In this document: positions 42,391 to 53,260 of the stretch, piece after piece
Position numbering within the stretch: the first letter of the stretch is position 1
How the letters are laid out: each line of letters opens with the position of its first letter
DNA from: Williopsis jadinii
Taxonomy: Eukaryota
DNA: 64,000 nt
Direction: 5' to 3'
Assembly: GCA_024346625.1 (NCBI GenBank)
Contig: AP024667.1
Span: forward strand, 1,302,001 to 1,366,000
Position numbers and translations under genes: made by a program
The notes under the pieces: model-generated
Told to the model about the DNA's origin: nothing
Databases searched by the model: none
What the model saw: only the letters and a program-made list of their open reading frames with translations

Positions 42391-42685
42391 CGTCCTTGGT
42401 ATAGTATCCCTTGTATAATATGAGAGGAAGAGGAAGAGAAGAAGAAGAAGAAGAGGAAGTACTAATCTGTTTGTTTACATTTCGGAACTGGGGCTTACCC
42501 TACCGACAGAAACCCACACCACACTGGCAGCTCCATATATCACCGTCATCTACAGCACGAATAGCCGAGTATGACGGTCCACAGGCCATTGAGAGTATCC
42601 ACGAAGCTCTACACTCATAGGCGTGGTTTCTACGTCTTCCCCGTGTTATTTCTTCCATTTTTGTTCTCCCTGTAGGCTGGACTCT

Positions 42686-42790
42686 GTAGGCGGGCCTCTC
42701 CTTCTAGGCGGGCCTCTGTAAGCGGGCCTCTCCTTCTAGGCTGGCCCCTCCTTCCAGGCAGGCCCCTCCCCAGCCCAGCAGAGCCTCTCC
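42686..42790. repeat. Degenerate GC-rich tandem repeat (AGGCGGGCCTCT core)
   Basis: taggcgggcctctcc, taggcgggcctctg, taagcgggcctctcc, taggctggcccctcc, caggcaggcccctcc. Confidence 0.7.
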
Positions 42791-42960
42791 GGGCGGAGCG
42801 CGTCCCACAAGATCAAAAAGCCCAGTGAAGAGCACCGTACACACCCACAACTCACGCACAAGGGACAAAAGCTCAAGCCCAAGCCCACGCACACACACAC
42901 ACACACAGGGACAAGACGCTAAGAGTTGACGAGTGAGAGTAGCAAGCGTATAAAAGAGCA

Positions 42961-45957
42961 ATGAGCGACTTTTGGGAAAACAACAAGGACTCCATCAAGA
43001 AGGGCAGCTTGAGTGCGATGAAGACCACCGGTAAATACACCTGGGCTGGTACTAAAGCACTGTCGAAGGCCGGCTATAACGCAGCGAAGAACTCTGGTAA
43101 TAACGGCGGCTCTAGTAAGAGCGGTGGTGATGGTAAGAGCGGTGGCGATGGTGAAGATGGCGACGGCTCTGGCTATGTCGGGAGCACAAGAAGCCTGAAC
43201 AGTCTTGGTGATGTTGAAAGGTTCCCACCGCCTCCGCTGAAGCCAGGACAGAAGCAGTACCACAGCGAGAAGCACGCACATGCTGGTACACCAACTGGGG
43301 TTTATGAGCAGGGTGCTGTTGTTCCACAGGCTGGTGCTGGTCAGAGTGGGGTGCCGACACCTGGGGCCCAGTCTGTGCAGTATCAACAGCCAGTGGGTCA
43401 ATCGGCTCAGCCTGTGCAGTATCAACAGCCTGTGCAGTATCAACAGCCTGTTCAATATCAACAGGCGGCGGGACAACCCGTTCAGTATCAACAGCCAGTG
43501 GGACAACCTCTTCAGACTGCTCAGCCTGTCCCATACCAACAACCAAATGTGCAGCCGGTGCAAAATGTTCAAGCTGCTCAGTATCAACAACCAGTATCTG
43601 CTCAAGCACAAGCGCCACAGCTACAGCAAAGGGCTGTTCCACCTCCACCTCCAAGAAATGGAAGTGTTACTGCTCAACAGGTGCCTGTGCAACAAGTTCC
43701 AGGCCAGACCATCACCGTGCCTCCAACACAGGTTACCGTGGGTTCAACAACGCTGAATTTGCCCTCGTACAATGTTGATAAACAAAAGGCCATGAATCTA
43801 TCTGGGCAACTGATGACCCAAGTATTGCAGTCACAGCAGACCAATGGTCAAAATGTCCAAGTTGAGCAGCAGCAAGGCCAGCAACAAGGCCAGAAACAAG
43901 GTCAGCAACCTCAGATACAGGTGCAAGGACAGCAGTTTCAACTACCTAGTGCACAGGCATTGAATCAATTTGCTCAAGTAGCATCCAATGTTCAGATTCA
44001 ACAGCAACCACAGCCACAACAGCAACCGCAGGGACAAGATAATCAACAGAGTGTTCAGCAATCCAGTGGATCGACACAGTTTGGCGTTCCAAATGCTCAG
44101 TTGATTGGTCAAATCGCTCAAGTGGCCTCCAATATTAACGTGCAACAGCAGCAACAGCAGCAACAGCAGTCACAACCGGTACAGCAACCAGTACAGCAAC
44201 CAGTACAACAGCAGCCAATCCAAGAGGTTCAACAATCTGCTGTCTTTGATTACAGTACTTCTTACTATCAAGGTGCAACTTCTGGTCCTCCTGGTCAACA
44301 AGTTGTAATGGAGGAGTCTATTCAACAAGAAACTGTTTATCAACAACCGCAACCAATTCTACAACAGTTCCAGCCTCCTCAACCACAGCTTGGTCAACAG
44401 CCAGCTAATACAGCACCATCACCTCCTCCAGTGGCCTCAAGGGATTACAATAGAGCTGCCGTTCAACCTCCTGCTCCACCATCAACACAGCAGCAACAGA
44501 CAATTCAACCTCAACAAACATCATACTTTCCCCCTCAACAAACTCCAATTCAAGAGGTTTCCACTCCTATGACACCAAGTGTACCTGTTGCACCAAGGTT
44601 AGCATCACCATTGCATACTCCTTCAACCCCTGCTATCACTACAAATATACCAAATTATCCTGCTCCACCTAAGAGGGTCGATATTCCAAGTGGTGGGGGT
44701 ACAGTTGTTGGAACTACTTCTGGGCCAGTCAATGAAGAGTCCAGTGAGACTACAAAGGCAGCTGAACCTATAGAGGAACCCGTTTCCAAAGGAATTGCCG
44801 GTACCTATGACTACAAGATTGATGTCAAATTTGCACCACCACCTCCACCATCTATAAATCGAGGCGAAGCTGCTAGTAGACCATCATACTCTTCGTCTCA
44901 CTCAAAGACTTCTGTGCATGCCAGCTCGAGGCCATTGCCAACACGCACCACATCAAGTTCACCCATCATTGCAACAACCTCTTCTCCTGGAAGCTCGCTA
45001 TCACCAGACAACTCTGGTCGTCAGCTACCACCACCTCCCCCAGCCAGAACAACATCGCAAGCAACCACACCAGTCACAAATTTCTTGCCACCTCCTAGAC
45101 CAACAAACCCATTGACCCACCAGGTGAATGAGATCCATCATCAGCAGCAGCATGGTCAATATACTTTACATCAAACAGAGCCAATTGCGGCCCCATCTTA
45201 CACTGAAGCTACAAATGAACTCGAACAGTTGCCTTTACAGCAGCAGCACATCACAACTTCTTCGTTTGCACCACCACCAAAACCATTCAGAAGGTCTCAA
45301 TCTCCAATGGAGTCTCCAGCTGTTGTGGAGGCTCCAGTTGAATTATCTCAACCAGTGGAACAGGTGACAGAACAGGTGATAGAGCAGGTGACAGAACCAG
45401 CACAGCACTACGAAGAGCCAGAGCTAGACGTCTCTGAAGTGTCCATCTCTGGCGAAGCTGCAGTTGAAGAAGCTAAACCAAGACTCAAACCAAACGTTCC
45501 ATCTAAGCCAGTGTTTGACGTGACCTCTGAACTTGCCAACGTCAAGTTAAAACACGTAGGTGGTAAGCCTAAACCACCTATTCCGTCTGGATCGAAGCCT
45601 ATCGTTCCAGCTAAGAAACCAGAGGTGGCAGCAAAGCCAGTGGCTTCCTTGAACAAGCCAAAACCAGTGGTTCCCTCGCATAAGCCGGTGACTCTGCCTG
45701 TGATAAAGCCACACGAGGTAAAGAAGATCCCACCACCACCAGTCAAGCCCAAGCCAGATGCACTCAAGAAGGCACCACCACCTGTTAAACCAAAACCTAT
45801 AGCCTTGGAGTCGCGTCCTACCACTGATAGCATTACAAAGAACACGTCCTTCAACTCGGGCGTTGATGCTAGTTCTCAACAGGATGACGATAACCCATTC
45901 ACAAGGTACCTGAAGGCTGCTGTTCCACAGGAGAAGGACAGGTTCCATAGAAGATGA
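42961..45957 (+). CDS. AIM3: Aim3-like proline/glutamine-rich actin-patch protein
   Basis: N-terminus MSDFWENNKDSI...GKYTWAGTKALSKAGY, FPPPPLKPGQ, C-terminal DDNPF..YLK.AVP; synteny. Confidence 0.85.
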   Translation: MSDFWENNKDSIKKGSLSAMKTTGKYTWAGTKALSKAGYNAAKNSGNNGGSSKSGGDGKSGGDGEDGDGSGYVGSTRSLNSLGDVERFPPPPLKPGQKQYHSEKHAHAGTPTGVYEQGAVVPQAGAGQSGVPTPGAQSVQYQQPVGQSAQPVQYQQPVQYQQPVQYQQAAGQPVQYQQPVGQPLQTAQPVPYQQPNVQPVQNVQAAQYQQPVSAQAQAPQLQQRAVPPPPPRNGSVTAQQVPVQQVPGQTITVPPTQVTVGSTTLNLPSYNVDKQKAMNLSGQLMTQVLQSQQTNGQNVQVEQQQGQQQGQKQGQQPQIQVQGQQFQLPSAQALNQFAQVASNVQIQQQPQPQQQPQGQDNQQSVQQSSGSTQFGVPNAQLIGQIAQVASNINVQQQQQQQQQSQPVQQPVQQPVQQQPIQEVQQSAVFDYSTSYYQGATSGPPGQQVVMEESIQQETVYQQPQPILQQFQPPQPQLGQQPANTAPSPPPVASRDYNRAAVQPPAPPSTQQQQTIQPQQTSYFPPQQTPIQEVSTPMTPSVPVAPRLASPLHTPSTPAITTNIPNYPAPPKRVDIPSGGGTVVGTTSGPVNEESSETTKAAEPIEEPVSKGIAGTYDYKIDVKFAPPPPPSINRGEAASRPSYSSSHSKTSVHASSRPLPTRTTSSSPIIATTSSPGSSLSPDNSGRQLPPPPPARTTSQATTPVTNFLPPPRPTNPLTHQVNEIHHQQQHGQYTLHQTEPIAAPSYTEATNELEQLPLQQQHITTSSFAPPPKPFRRSQSPMESPAVVEAPVELSQPVEQVTEQVIEQVTEPAQHYEEPELDVSEVSISGEAAVEEAKPRLKPNVPSKPVFDVTSELANVKLKHVGGKPKPPIPSGSKPIVPAKKPEVAAKPVASLNKPKPVVPSHKPVTLPVIKPHEVKKIPPPPVKPKPDALKKAPPPVKPKPIALESRPTTDSITKNTSFNSGVDASSQQDDDNPFTRYLKAAVPQEKDRFHRR

Positions 45958-46467
45958 AGTGTGCTTTCCGGGAGGTTGTGTATATTGAGCCATCATACAG
46001 GTCCCAAACATCTATATGGCCTTTTGTCGCTTTCTTAGAACACTTGTTCCAGGGCCAGAACCAATGTCGTGTGCTTACATGTTGGCTGAGTGGATGTGAA
46101 CTGCACCACTACGCCTACTTGAGGTTACATGACGCGTCGCACTAAGTGGCTGTTGGGTATCTCTAGCGAGTTCTAATTATAGATAGCTGATTGAGAGCTC
46201 TTTGAGTGGATCATGAAAGCTCAATTGTAAGTCACGAAGATGGTGTAGGGCTGTGAGACTCTCATTAGGAGCTGGAGAACACAGTCTTGGAGCAGAGCTT
46301 CAGGCATTATACACGTTTTGGCTTCAATCTCCATGTATATAACCATTCTATGATCAACCTCCTACATATGTCGACAGTCGAGTGAGTAGAACAGGTGCCA
46401 ACATTGGTAAAAGTGGTAAGGTATTGTATTGATAATGAGAAAAAAACACTCACACGGAGAGATCCGC

Positions 46468-47143
46468 TTACTTGGACAAGAGAGCAACAAACTGCTCGAT
46501 ATTAATCTGTCCGGTACCGTCAGAGATCTCGTTCAGCATCAGATCAACCTCCTTGTCGTCCAGCTTCTCGCCGATACTCGTCAACACGTGCTTGAGCTCC
46601 GCAGCTGAGATGACACCGTCGCCGTTCTTGTCAAACACCTTGAAGGCCTCCGCCAGCTCCTGGGCAGAGTCATTTGTCTTGAGCTGTCTCGACATGAGCG
46701 CCAGGAACTCCGAGAACTCAATCTTGTGGTCGCCATTGACGTCAATCTCGTTCATCATATCAGCAACCTCCGACTCAGACGGTGTGAACCCCAAGGAGCG
46801 CATCACCGTGGAGAGCTCCTGTCCAGAGATGTGTCCATCCTGATCCTTGTCAAAGAGCGTAAACGCCTCTCTGAACTCCTCAATCTGATTGTCTGTAAGC
46901 TCTAACGACTGCCTGTGTGTTAGTAAACCGCGTCGCACACGCTAACATCATCAAGATGGTGCCCATTGTAGTGTTCCCGCCTGGTGCCATGGTGTGTGGC
47001 AAAACAAAGGTAAACAAACAACAACACAGGGATCCAAAGGTCGTGCGGTACAGCCATGGCCGCGTCATCGGCTTCCTCAGCAATCACACGCCGTAGACAG
47101 GAGCACTAGGCAGCACAGCGCTCGGATCAGCTTCACTCACCAT
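46468..47143 (-). CDS. CMD1: Calmodulin; exon 1 is the ATG only (47141-47143), intron 46909-47140, exon 2 46468-46908 (147 aa)
   Basis: ATG|GTGAGT donor, TACTAAC at 46919-46925, CAG acceptor in frame; EF-hands [24 protein letters not shown]. Confidence 0.95.
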
Positions 47144-47305
47144 GATTAATCACACAATTGGGCTATGGCTTGAATATGTTGGAGCCTGTTGCGAATGGTG
47201 TTGTGTTTCGGAGCTTTTGGTGATGGAGAGGGCCAGCAGGGAAAAGTGTGCGCGATCCTTTCCGAGAAGCCGTGACTATGGGCTGTGGAGGTAGGGTAAT
47301 GGGGG

Positions 47306-47389
47306 ACACCCGGACACCAAAACACCTGGACACCGAAACACCCGGACATTAGTGAAAATATACACCCGCACACCGAAACACCCGCACAC
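47306..47389 (+). promoter_or_regulatory. Five Rap1-like ACACCYGSACAY sites in the CMD1-ALG1 divergent promoter
   Basis: Copies at 47306, 47322, 47338, 47362 and 47378. Confidence 0.6.
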
Positions 47390-47494
47390 ACATCAACATG
47401 GCACCCAAACTTTAGTGGGGGTTAGGCACATACCGCACACACGCTTCAAAGAACACGGTGCAATAGATCACTCTCTTGCTCAATTGAACCACAG

Positions 47495-48832
47495 ATGGCT
47501 TCATTCGTCACGGATTTCTTCAATTGGTTGAACTACCCGCAATGGGTATACTGGCTAATCGGGATCTACCTTCTACTGCCGACGATTTACCTCATCGTGC
47601 CCTTCATCTATGGGAAGAGATCTCAGCACCCAAGAGTGGTTATATGTGTTCTCGGTGATCTGGGACACTCGCCAAGGATGTGCTACCATGCTAGAAGCTT
47701 CAGTTCTAAGGGATATGACGTTGATCTGTGTGGGTACCTGGAGGAGCTGCCACCTGCTGATATCATGGACGATGAAGACATCACGATCCATGCGATTCCA
47801 ACGGTGAAGAACACCGGTGGGAACTATCTTGTGTTCATCGTACGCAAGGTGGCTAAACAGCTCTTTGCCCTGGCTTCGCTATTGTGGGAACTACGGGGTG
47901 CACAGTATATAATGGTCCAAACACCACCGGGGATCCCAATCTTGCTGTTAGCAGTGCTGTACAAGCTCTTGTTCGGGTCCAAGCTCATAATCGACTGGCA
48001 TAACCTGGGTTATAGCATCCTGGCTCTGAGATTGGGTGAGACTCATCTCCTCGTCAGGCTGAGTAAGCTCTATGACCACGTTCTCGCCAGGTTCGCCGAT
48101 ATAAACTTGACTGTGACACAGAGGATGAAGCAGTTCCTGGTTGATGAGTTTGGCGTGAACAAGTCCAAGATCGTGGTGTTATACGATAAGGCTGCTTCCC
48201 AATTCAAGCCAATTGTGGACCCACAGGAGAAGCTCAAGGTCATATCAAGCCACGGGGAACTGTTCAAAAACTTCTCTCCTTCGAGCGACAAGATCATCGT
48301 GTCTTCCACCAGCTTTACACCGGACGAGGACTTCAACGTTCTTGTTGAAGCATTGGTGAAGTACGACACCTTGGAAGATGACAACTTGCCAAAGCTGAAA
48401 GTGATTATCACTGGTAAAGGTCCACTAAAGGAACAGTTCCTCAAGGCCATTGAGGCCGCTAATTTACAGAAAAGCGATGTTCAATGTGCATGGCTAACAG
48501 CAGAGGAATATCCAAAGATCTTAGCAATTGCAGACATAGGACTCTCATTGCACACCTCGAGCAGTGGGATAGACCTTCCTATGAAAGTGGTTGATATGTT
48601 TGGATGTGGAGTGCCTGTTCTTGCGCTAGAATTTGATGCTCTGCCCGAACTTGTTGATGATGGCATCAATGGCATGAGAGTACTCGATGCAAGACAGATT
48701 GTTGAATCCTTCATCTATCTCTTCCTACAGCCGTCGAACTACAAAGTGATCAAGAAGGGAGCAATGGAGAAGAGCAAGCAACGGTGGGAAGCCAACTGGA
48801 AGGCTCAATTTGGTGATTTGTTACATCCATGA
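47495..48832 (+). CDS. ALG1: Chitobiosyldiphosphodolichol beta-mannosyltransferase
   Basis: VLGDLGHSPRMCYHA, IDWHN, SSTSFTPDEDF, HTSSSGIDLPMKVVDMFG. Confidence 0.96.
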   Translation: MASFVTDFFNWLNYPQWVYWLIGIYLLLPTIYLIVPFIYGKRSQHPRVVICVLGDLGHSPRMCYHARSFSSKGYDVDLCGYLEELPPADIMDDEDITIHAIPTVKNTGGNYLVFIVRKVAKQLFALASLLWELRGAQYIMVQTPPGIPILLLAVLYKLLFGSKLIIDWHNLGYSILALRLGETHLLVRLSKLYDHVLARFADINLTVTQRMKQFLVDEFGVNKSKIVVLYDKAASQFKPIVDPQEKLKVISSHGELFKNFSPSSDKIIVSSTSFTPDEDFNVLVEALVKYDTLEDDNLPKLKVIITGKGPLKEQFLKAIEAANLQKSDVQCAWLTAEEYPKILAIADIGLSLHTSSSGIDLPMKVVDMFGCGVPVLALEFDALPELVDDGINGMRVLDARQIVESFIYLFLQPSNYKVIKKGAMEKSKQRWEANWKAQFGDLLHP

Positions 48833-50056
48833 TCGGCTTGTGAATTGATTCGCCAGCAGATCTATATAGTCCGGGGTATTCTCGTCAATCATATTGTGAC
48901 CTTTATCGTTCCAAAACTCGTACTCCTCCTCCCCTTCACTGTGGGTCTTCTGTAACTGAGCCATCAGTGAGTCCGGTAGGATGTCAAACTCAGTAGAGGC
49001 CTGTAATGCCACGGAAGTGATATATGTCCAGCATCGGGCCACCTGAGAGTGGTTGTATCCACCACCTCCGAGTAGCAATGACGGCAGCTCCAAGTCCAGC
49101 AACTTCTCAACAGCTTTGGCGAGTCCCTTTATGGTGAGATTCCACTCCTGGTGTTCATCTGATCCCAGGCCATCGGCACCACATTGGATCACCAGGCACT
49201 GAGCCTGGAACTTGTGGATAACAGGGATGAAGCACTTGTCAATGACATCGTTGAGGCTCGAATCTCCCATCCCGTGTCTCATTGGGGCATTGAACGTGTA
49301 TCCCTTGCCCCTGCCAATGCCCTGGTCGCCCAAATCGCCAGTTCCTGGATAGAAGCCAATGTCCTTCCTGTGGATGCTCATCGTCACCACGCTATCTGAG
49401 AACTTGAACGCACTCTCCACGCCATCACCGTGGTGTAAGTCCAGGTCGATGTAGACGATTCTCTGGAACCTCTTACGCAGCTCCAGGATCCCCAGAACCA
49501 CGTCGTTGACGTAGCAAAAGCCAGCAGCCCTGGACTTCTTCGCGTGGTGTCTGCCACCATGCCAATTGATCACGATCGACTCGTTGACGGAATGGACAAG
49601 GTGTTTGGCAGCTGAGATCGTGGAGCCTGCGATGTATCTCACGTACTGGTCCATCAGTGGAAACAGGGGGCAGTCAAAGAGCAGTCCAAACTTTTCAAGC
49701 GTGGTATGTGCTGGAAGCACATCACCATCATCACCATCATCATCACTACCCTCACCATCACCACCACTGCTCGACACCTCGTCCTCAGATAGACCCAGCC
49801 TCACCAGCTGCTCACGCCTACCCTCACCAGCACCACCACACCGTCGTCTCAGCACCTCATCGACAAACTCGTCCCCGTGGAACTGCCTCAATTGATCTCG
49901 CGAGGCAGGCTGTACCGTCACGGTACTGCTACACTGGCTCAGCAGCCCATACGACTCAATCATCGAGCTCACAAGAGAGCTCCGCTGAGCATTGGCAGGC
50001 AGCTCGTCCGACAACGCTGTCAGCACACCTGAGTGGACAATGGCGACTGGTCTCAT
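48821..50056 (-). CDS. HOS1: Class I histone deacetylase Hos1-like
   Basis: FGLLFDCP, INWHGGRHHA, GFCYVND, DLDLHHGDGVE, QCGADG, GGGGY; near SPE3 as in S. cerevisiae. Confidence 0.88.
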   Translation of the reverse strand: MRPVAIVHSGVLTALSDELPANAQRSSLVSSMIESYGLLSQCSSTVTVQPASRDQLRQFHGDEFVDEVLRRRCGGAGEGRREQLVRLGLSEDEVSSSGGDGEGSDDDGDDGDVLPAHTTLEKFGLLFDCPLFPLMDQYVRYIAGSTISAAKHLVHSVNESIVINWHGGRHHAKKSRAAGFCYVNDVVLGILELRKRFQRIVYIDLDLHHGDGVESAFKFSDSVVTMSIHRKDIGFYPGTGDLGDQGIGRGKGYTFNAPMRHGMGDSSLNDVIDKCFIPVIHKFQAQCLVIQCGADGLGSDEHQEWNLTIKGLAKAVEKLLDLELPSLLLGGGGYNHSQVARCWTYITSVALQASTEFDILPDSLMAQLQKTHSEGEEEYEFWNDKGHNMIDENTPDYIDLLANQFTSRSWM

Positions 50057-50255
50057 GCCCTCCAGCAGCCCTTGCTCCTCATCACCACCTGGTGAAGATG
50101 TCTATGCATTTTCGGGTATATTTCCCGATGCGGACGGAGCCTCTTCGCCTAAGCACATACATAGCACACCATCGGGGATCGTTTATATAAACCAAAGGGC
50201 TCTCTCCGCCTACGCTGCCGGCTCCATCTCCTCAGCTCAGCAGAGAGAAGAAGCT

Positions 50256-51932
50256 ATGTATGGCTCAGTGGTGTCACAGGCAGGAATAACGGCCCAGAAG
50301 GCCCACCATCGGAGCCTTCGTGCCCTGGCTGCTGTGGCTGTGCTTATGCTGATGACATACCTCATCAGCTCCAAACAAGGGGACTCGTCGTTCCCAGCGT
50401 CGCCGTATCTGGACCACACGGTGCTGAGGCCTTCGTCCAACAGGTCAATTGAGCTGTACCACTCGCTGGCGTTCCGTGAGGCCTCCTTGGAACGCTTCCA
50501 GAGGGCTCTGCGGATCCCCACGGAGGTGTACGATACTTGTTCTGATCCTCGAGACGGCCTTCAGGGCTGGGAGCCATTTCTGGAGCTCCAGAGGTACTTT
50601 GAGGACGAGTATCCCCTCGTCCATGCTCAATTGGACATCCACAAGGTCAACGAGCTGGGATACGTTGTCATTTGGAACGGCACTGACGAGGCCTTGGCCC
50701 CGTTGCTGTTCATGGCCCACCAGGATGTTATTCCTGTTGAGAAGGACACCTGGGACCAATGGACACATCCTCCCTTCAGTGCACACTTTGACGGCACCAG
50801 GGTGTGGGCCCGTGGAGCTGCTGATACGAAGAACCTGGTTGTTGCTCTGTTTGAAGTGTTTGAGCAGCTGCTGAAGGATGGGCTTGTTCCGCAGAGAACC
50901 ATGATCATGAGCCTTGGGTACGACGAGGAGGCCATTGGCCGTGTCGATGGTGCCAATTCGCTCGTCAGGTTCATCGCTGGCCTGTACGGAGAGAAGAGCC
51001 TGTACGCTGTGCTTGACGAAGGTGGCTCCGTGGTGGAGCTGGACGGAGTGCCGGTAGCTGCCGTTGGAGTCTGTGAGAAGGGCTATCTCGACATCAACAT
51101 CGAGCTGGACACCACGGGAGGACACTCGTCCCGGCCTCCAGACCACACGGGGATCGGCATCATGAGCCAGCTCGTTGTCAGCCTCGAGAAGGAGCCCTTT
51201 GGGTCTAAATTGACCAGTGATAACCCGTTGTTGGACCTGCTACAAGTTGTCGGTGCAAGGAGTGAAGAGATCGACGACCTGACACGGGAGCTGTACCTGG
51301 GAGCAAAGCATTCACACGGCATCAGAAGTCAGCTCTCTGCCCGGCTGGCCAGCGATGAGAGCTTGAAGTACCTCCAAAGAACGTCGCAGGCCGTTGATCT
51401 CATCCACTCCGGTGTCAAGATCAACTCATTGCCGGAGAAGACCACGCTGGGCATAAACCACAGGATCTCCATGGAGCTGACGGCACAGGACTGTGTTGAC
51501 CGTGTAATTGACCACGTTCTGAGAGTCTCTAGTGAGAACAACCTCGGTGTTGTGCTCAGCAACGGCACTGTGCTGAGCGAAGGAGACCATGGCTTGTTCA
51601 ACGTCTCTGTTGTCCAGCCTCTGGACCCATCACCAGTCTCCAGAACACTCGATTCTCAGTGGAACGTCCTTGCTGGGAGCATCAGGCACACTTTCCAGGA
51701 CGTTGTGGCCCACGCCAGTGGCGAGGTGTCCGTGGCACCGATGATAGTGGGAGGATATACCGATGCCTCACGGTATTGGCCATTGAGTGATAACGTCTAT
51801 CGATTCATCGGAGTATCAGGAGGTGCTGGCAACGCACACGCCATTGATGAGTATCTCGAGCTGGAATCGCACATCCAGACGGTGTGCTTCCTCTACGACT
51901 ACATCCTGAACGTTGACGAACACAGTGTATAG
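50256..51932 (+). CDS. CPS1: Vacuolar Gly-X carboxypeptidase (M20 family)
   Basis: ATG at 50256; single N-terminal TM; MAHQDV, RGAADTK, GYDEE, DEGG, GGHSS.PP and NAHAIDE metal ligands. Confidence 0.87.
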   Translation: MYGSVVSQAGITAQKAHHRSLRALAAVAVLMLMTYLISSKQGDSSFPASPYLDHTVLRPSSNRSIELYHSLAFREASLERFQRALRIPTEVYDTCSDPRDGLQGWEPFLELQRYFEDEYPLVHAQLDIHKVNELGYVVIWNGTDEALAPLLFMAHQDVIPVEKDTWDQWTHPPFSAHFDGTRVWARGAADTKNLVVALFEVFEQLLKDGLVPQRTMIMSLGYDEEAIGRVDGANSLVRFIAGLYGEKSLYAVLDEGGSVVELDGVPVAAVGVCEKGYLDINIELDTTGGHSSRPPDHTGIGIMSQLVVSLEKEPFGSKLTSDNPLLDLLQVVGARSEEIDDLTRELYLGAKHSHGIRSQLSARLASDESLKYLQRTSQAVDLIHSGVKINSLPEKTTLGINHRISMELTAQDCVDRVIDHVLRVSSENNLGVVLSNGTVLSEGDHGLFNVSVVQPLDPSPVSRTLDSQWNVLAGSIRHTFQDVVAHASGEVSVAPMIVGGYTDASRYWPLSDNVYRFIGVSGGAGNAHAIDEYLELESHIQTVCFLYDYILNVDEHSV

Positions 51933-51979
51933 TATAGCTTCTAGCGTAATATATAGGGCAAGATGCCATCATCGTCTAC

Positions 51980-52564
51980 TTACTCGGACAGCACCTTCAC
52001 CTCGTTGTCAATGAACTCCTTCTCAGAAGGCTCGCCCACAGGGACACCAAAGGCCAGCTGGGCAACAACGTTCCAGCTCTCTGGAACCTTGCCCTTGAGA
52101 GCCTCCTGCACCAATGGGTTGTAGTGTTGCAAGTGGCCTCCGAGACCCAATTCACCAATCAATGTCCAGGTGTTGATCTGAGCAGCACCGTTAGAGGTCG
52201 AGGCGAAGATTGGGAAGTAGTCCGCGTACGGTGGGAAGGCCTCCTGGATCTTCTTCAAGGCCGCACCATCGTCAAAGAAGATGATGGAGCCGTACGCCTC
52301 CTCCTTGATGGAGTTTGGTCTCTTCTTCTGAGCCTCTGCTGGGATGGCATCGGTCACTGACTGCCACACCTTGTCGTGCAATGCTCCAGTGAGAATCACA
52401 GCTCTCACGGTCTGGGAGTTGAACGAGGTTGGCGTGTGCTTCACCAGCTGCTGTACGATGTCCTGGACCTGCTGGAGCGTGACTCCTTCTGGCAGGGCCT
52501 TCTTGAGTTGGTACTGAGTTCTTCTCGAGGTGTACGACTTGAGGAAAGTAGAGATGGTAGACAT
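51980..52564 (-). CDS. Nitroreductase-family protein, Frm2/Hbn1-like
   Basis: ATG at 52564; SRRTQYQL, HTPTSFNSQ, GGHLQHYN, AQLAFG. Confidence 0.9.
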   Translation of the reverse strand: MSTISTFLKSYTSRRTQYQLKKALPEGVTLQQVQDIVQQLVKHTPTSFNSQTVRAVILTGALHDKVWQSVTDAIPAEAQKKRPNSIKEEAYGSIIFFDDGAALKKIQEAFPPYADYFPIFASTSNGAAQINTWTLIGELGLGGHLQHYNPLVQEALKGKVPESWNVVAQLAFGVPVGEPSEKEFIDNEVKVLSE

Positions 52565-52699
52565 TGTTGATAGGAGTAGTTTCTGATTGCACGGGAAAGG
52601 GCTTACAACGAGCACACGGGAAACGTTTGGAAACACTGGCAGGACCTGGCCTTGTTTATATACATCGTCCCGGAAGGTGTGGCAGGCCTGACGGGCGTA

Positions 52700-52819
52700 T
52701 TACAAATTGCCTGAGTAATCGCGGACTAAGCAGAGCAGCATGCAGGTGTTCCTAACCTGGGTGCACAATTAGTAATTGGTGATACTTTAGCGCGTTTCCT
52801 GGTGATGGAGCGTGAGTCA
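52700..52819. promoter_or_regulatory. Cluster of Yap/AP-1 response elements upstream of the nitroreductase
   Basis: TTACAAA at 52700, TGAGTAA at 52712, TTAGTAA at 52769, TGAGTCA at 52813. Confidence 0.6.
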
Positions 52820-53260
52820 GCGTGGCTGATTGGTGGGTGGCTGACTTGTGGATTGATCACCGGGGGCTGTTGGCTGTGCTTGTGTGTCTCGTGTAGAAGC
52901 AGAGAGAGTGAGGGAGTATACGATGAGCTCTGGAACGCGCGCTGATCTCCGGGCTTCGGGGGGTTCAGCACGCCCTGAGGCCTGGAAAAACACGTTTCTG
53001 GGGCATTTCTACAGTTGTCTGTGATGGAGTAGCCATTGGCTGCCCAATTGAGTGTTCAATTGAGCTGGAATGTGTGTATAGAAGTGGTTGTATGTGAAGC
53101 GATGGCAGCTTCTCAGGGGGTGACTGTGGCTTTTTTTGGGTGGGTAAACACCCGGACATCTGGAAGGTTACACCCGGACACCAACATCTGGACACCTAAG
53201 CACCCGGACACCAAGAAAAGCGTTGCTTATGTAAGCCGCAGCCGGCTCGGCAGCGCACAA

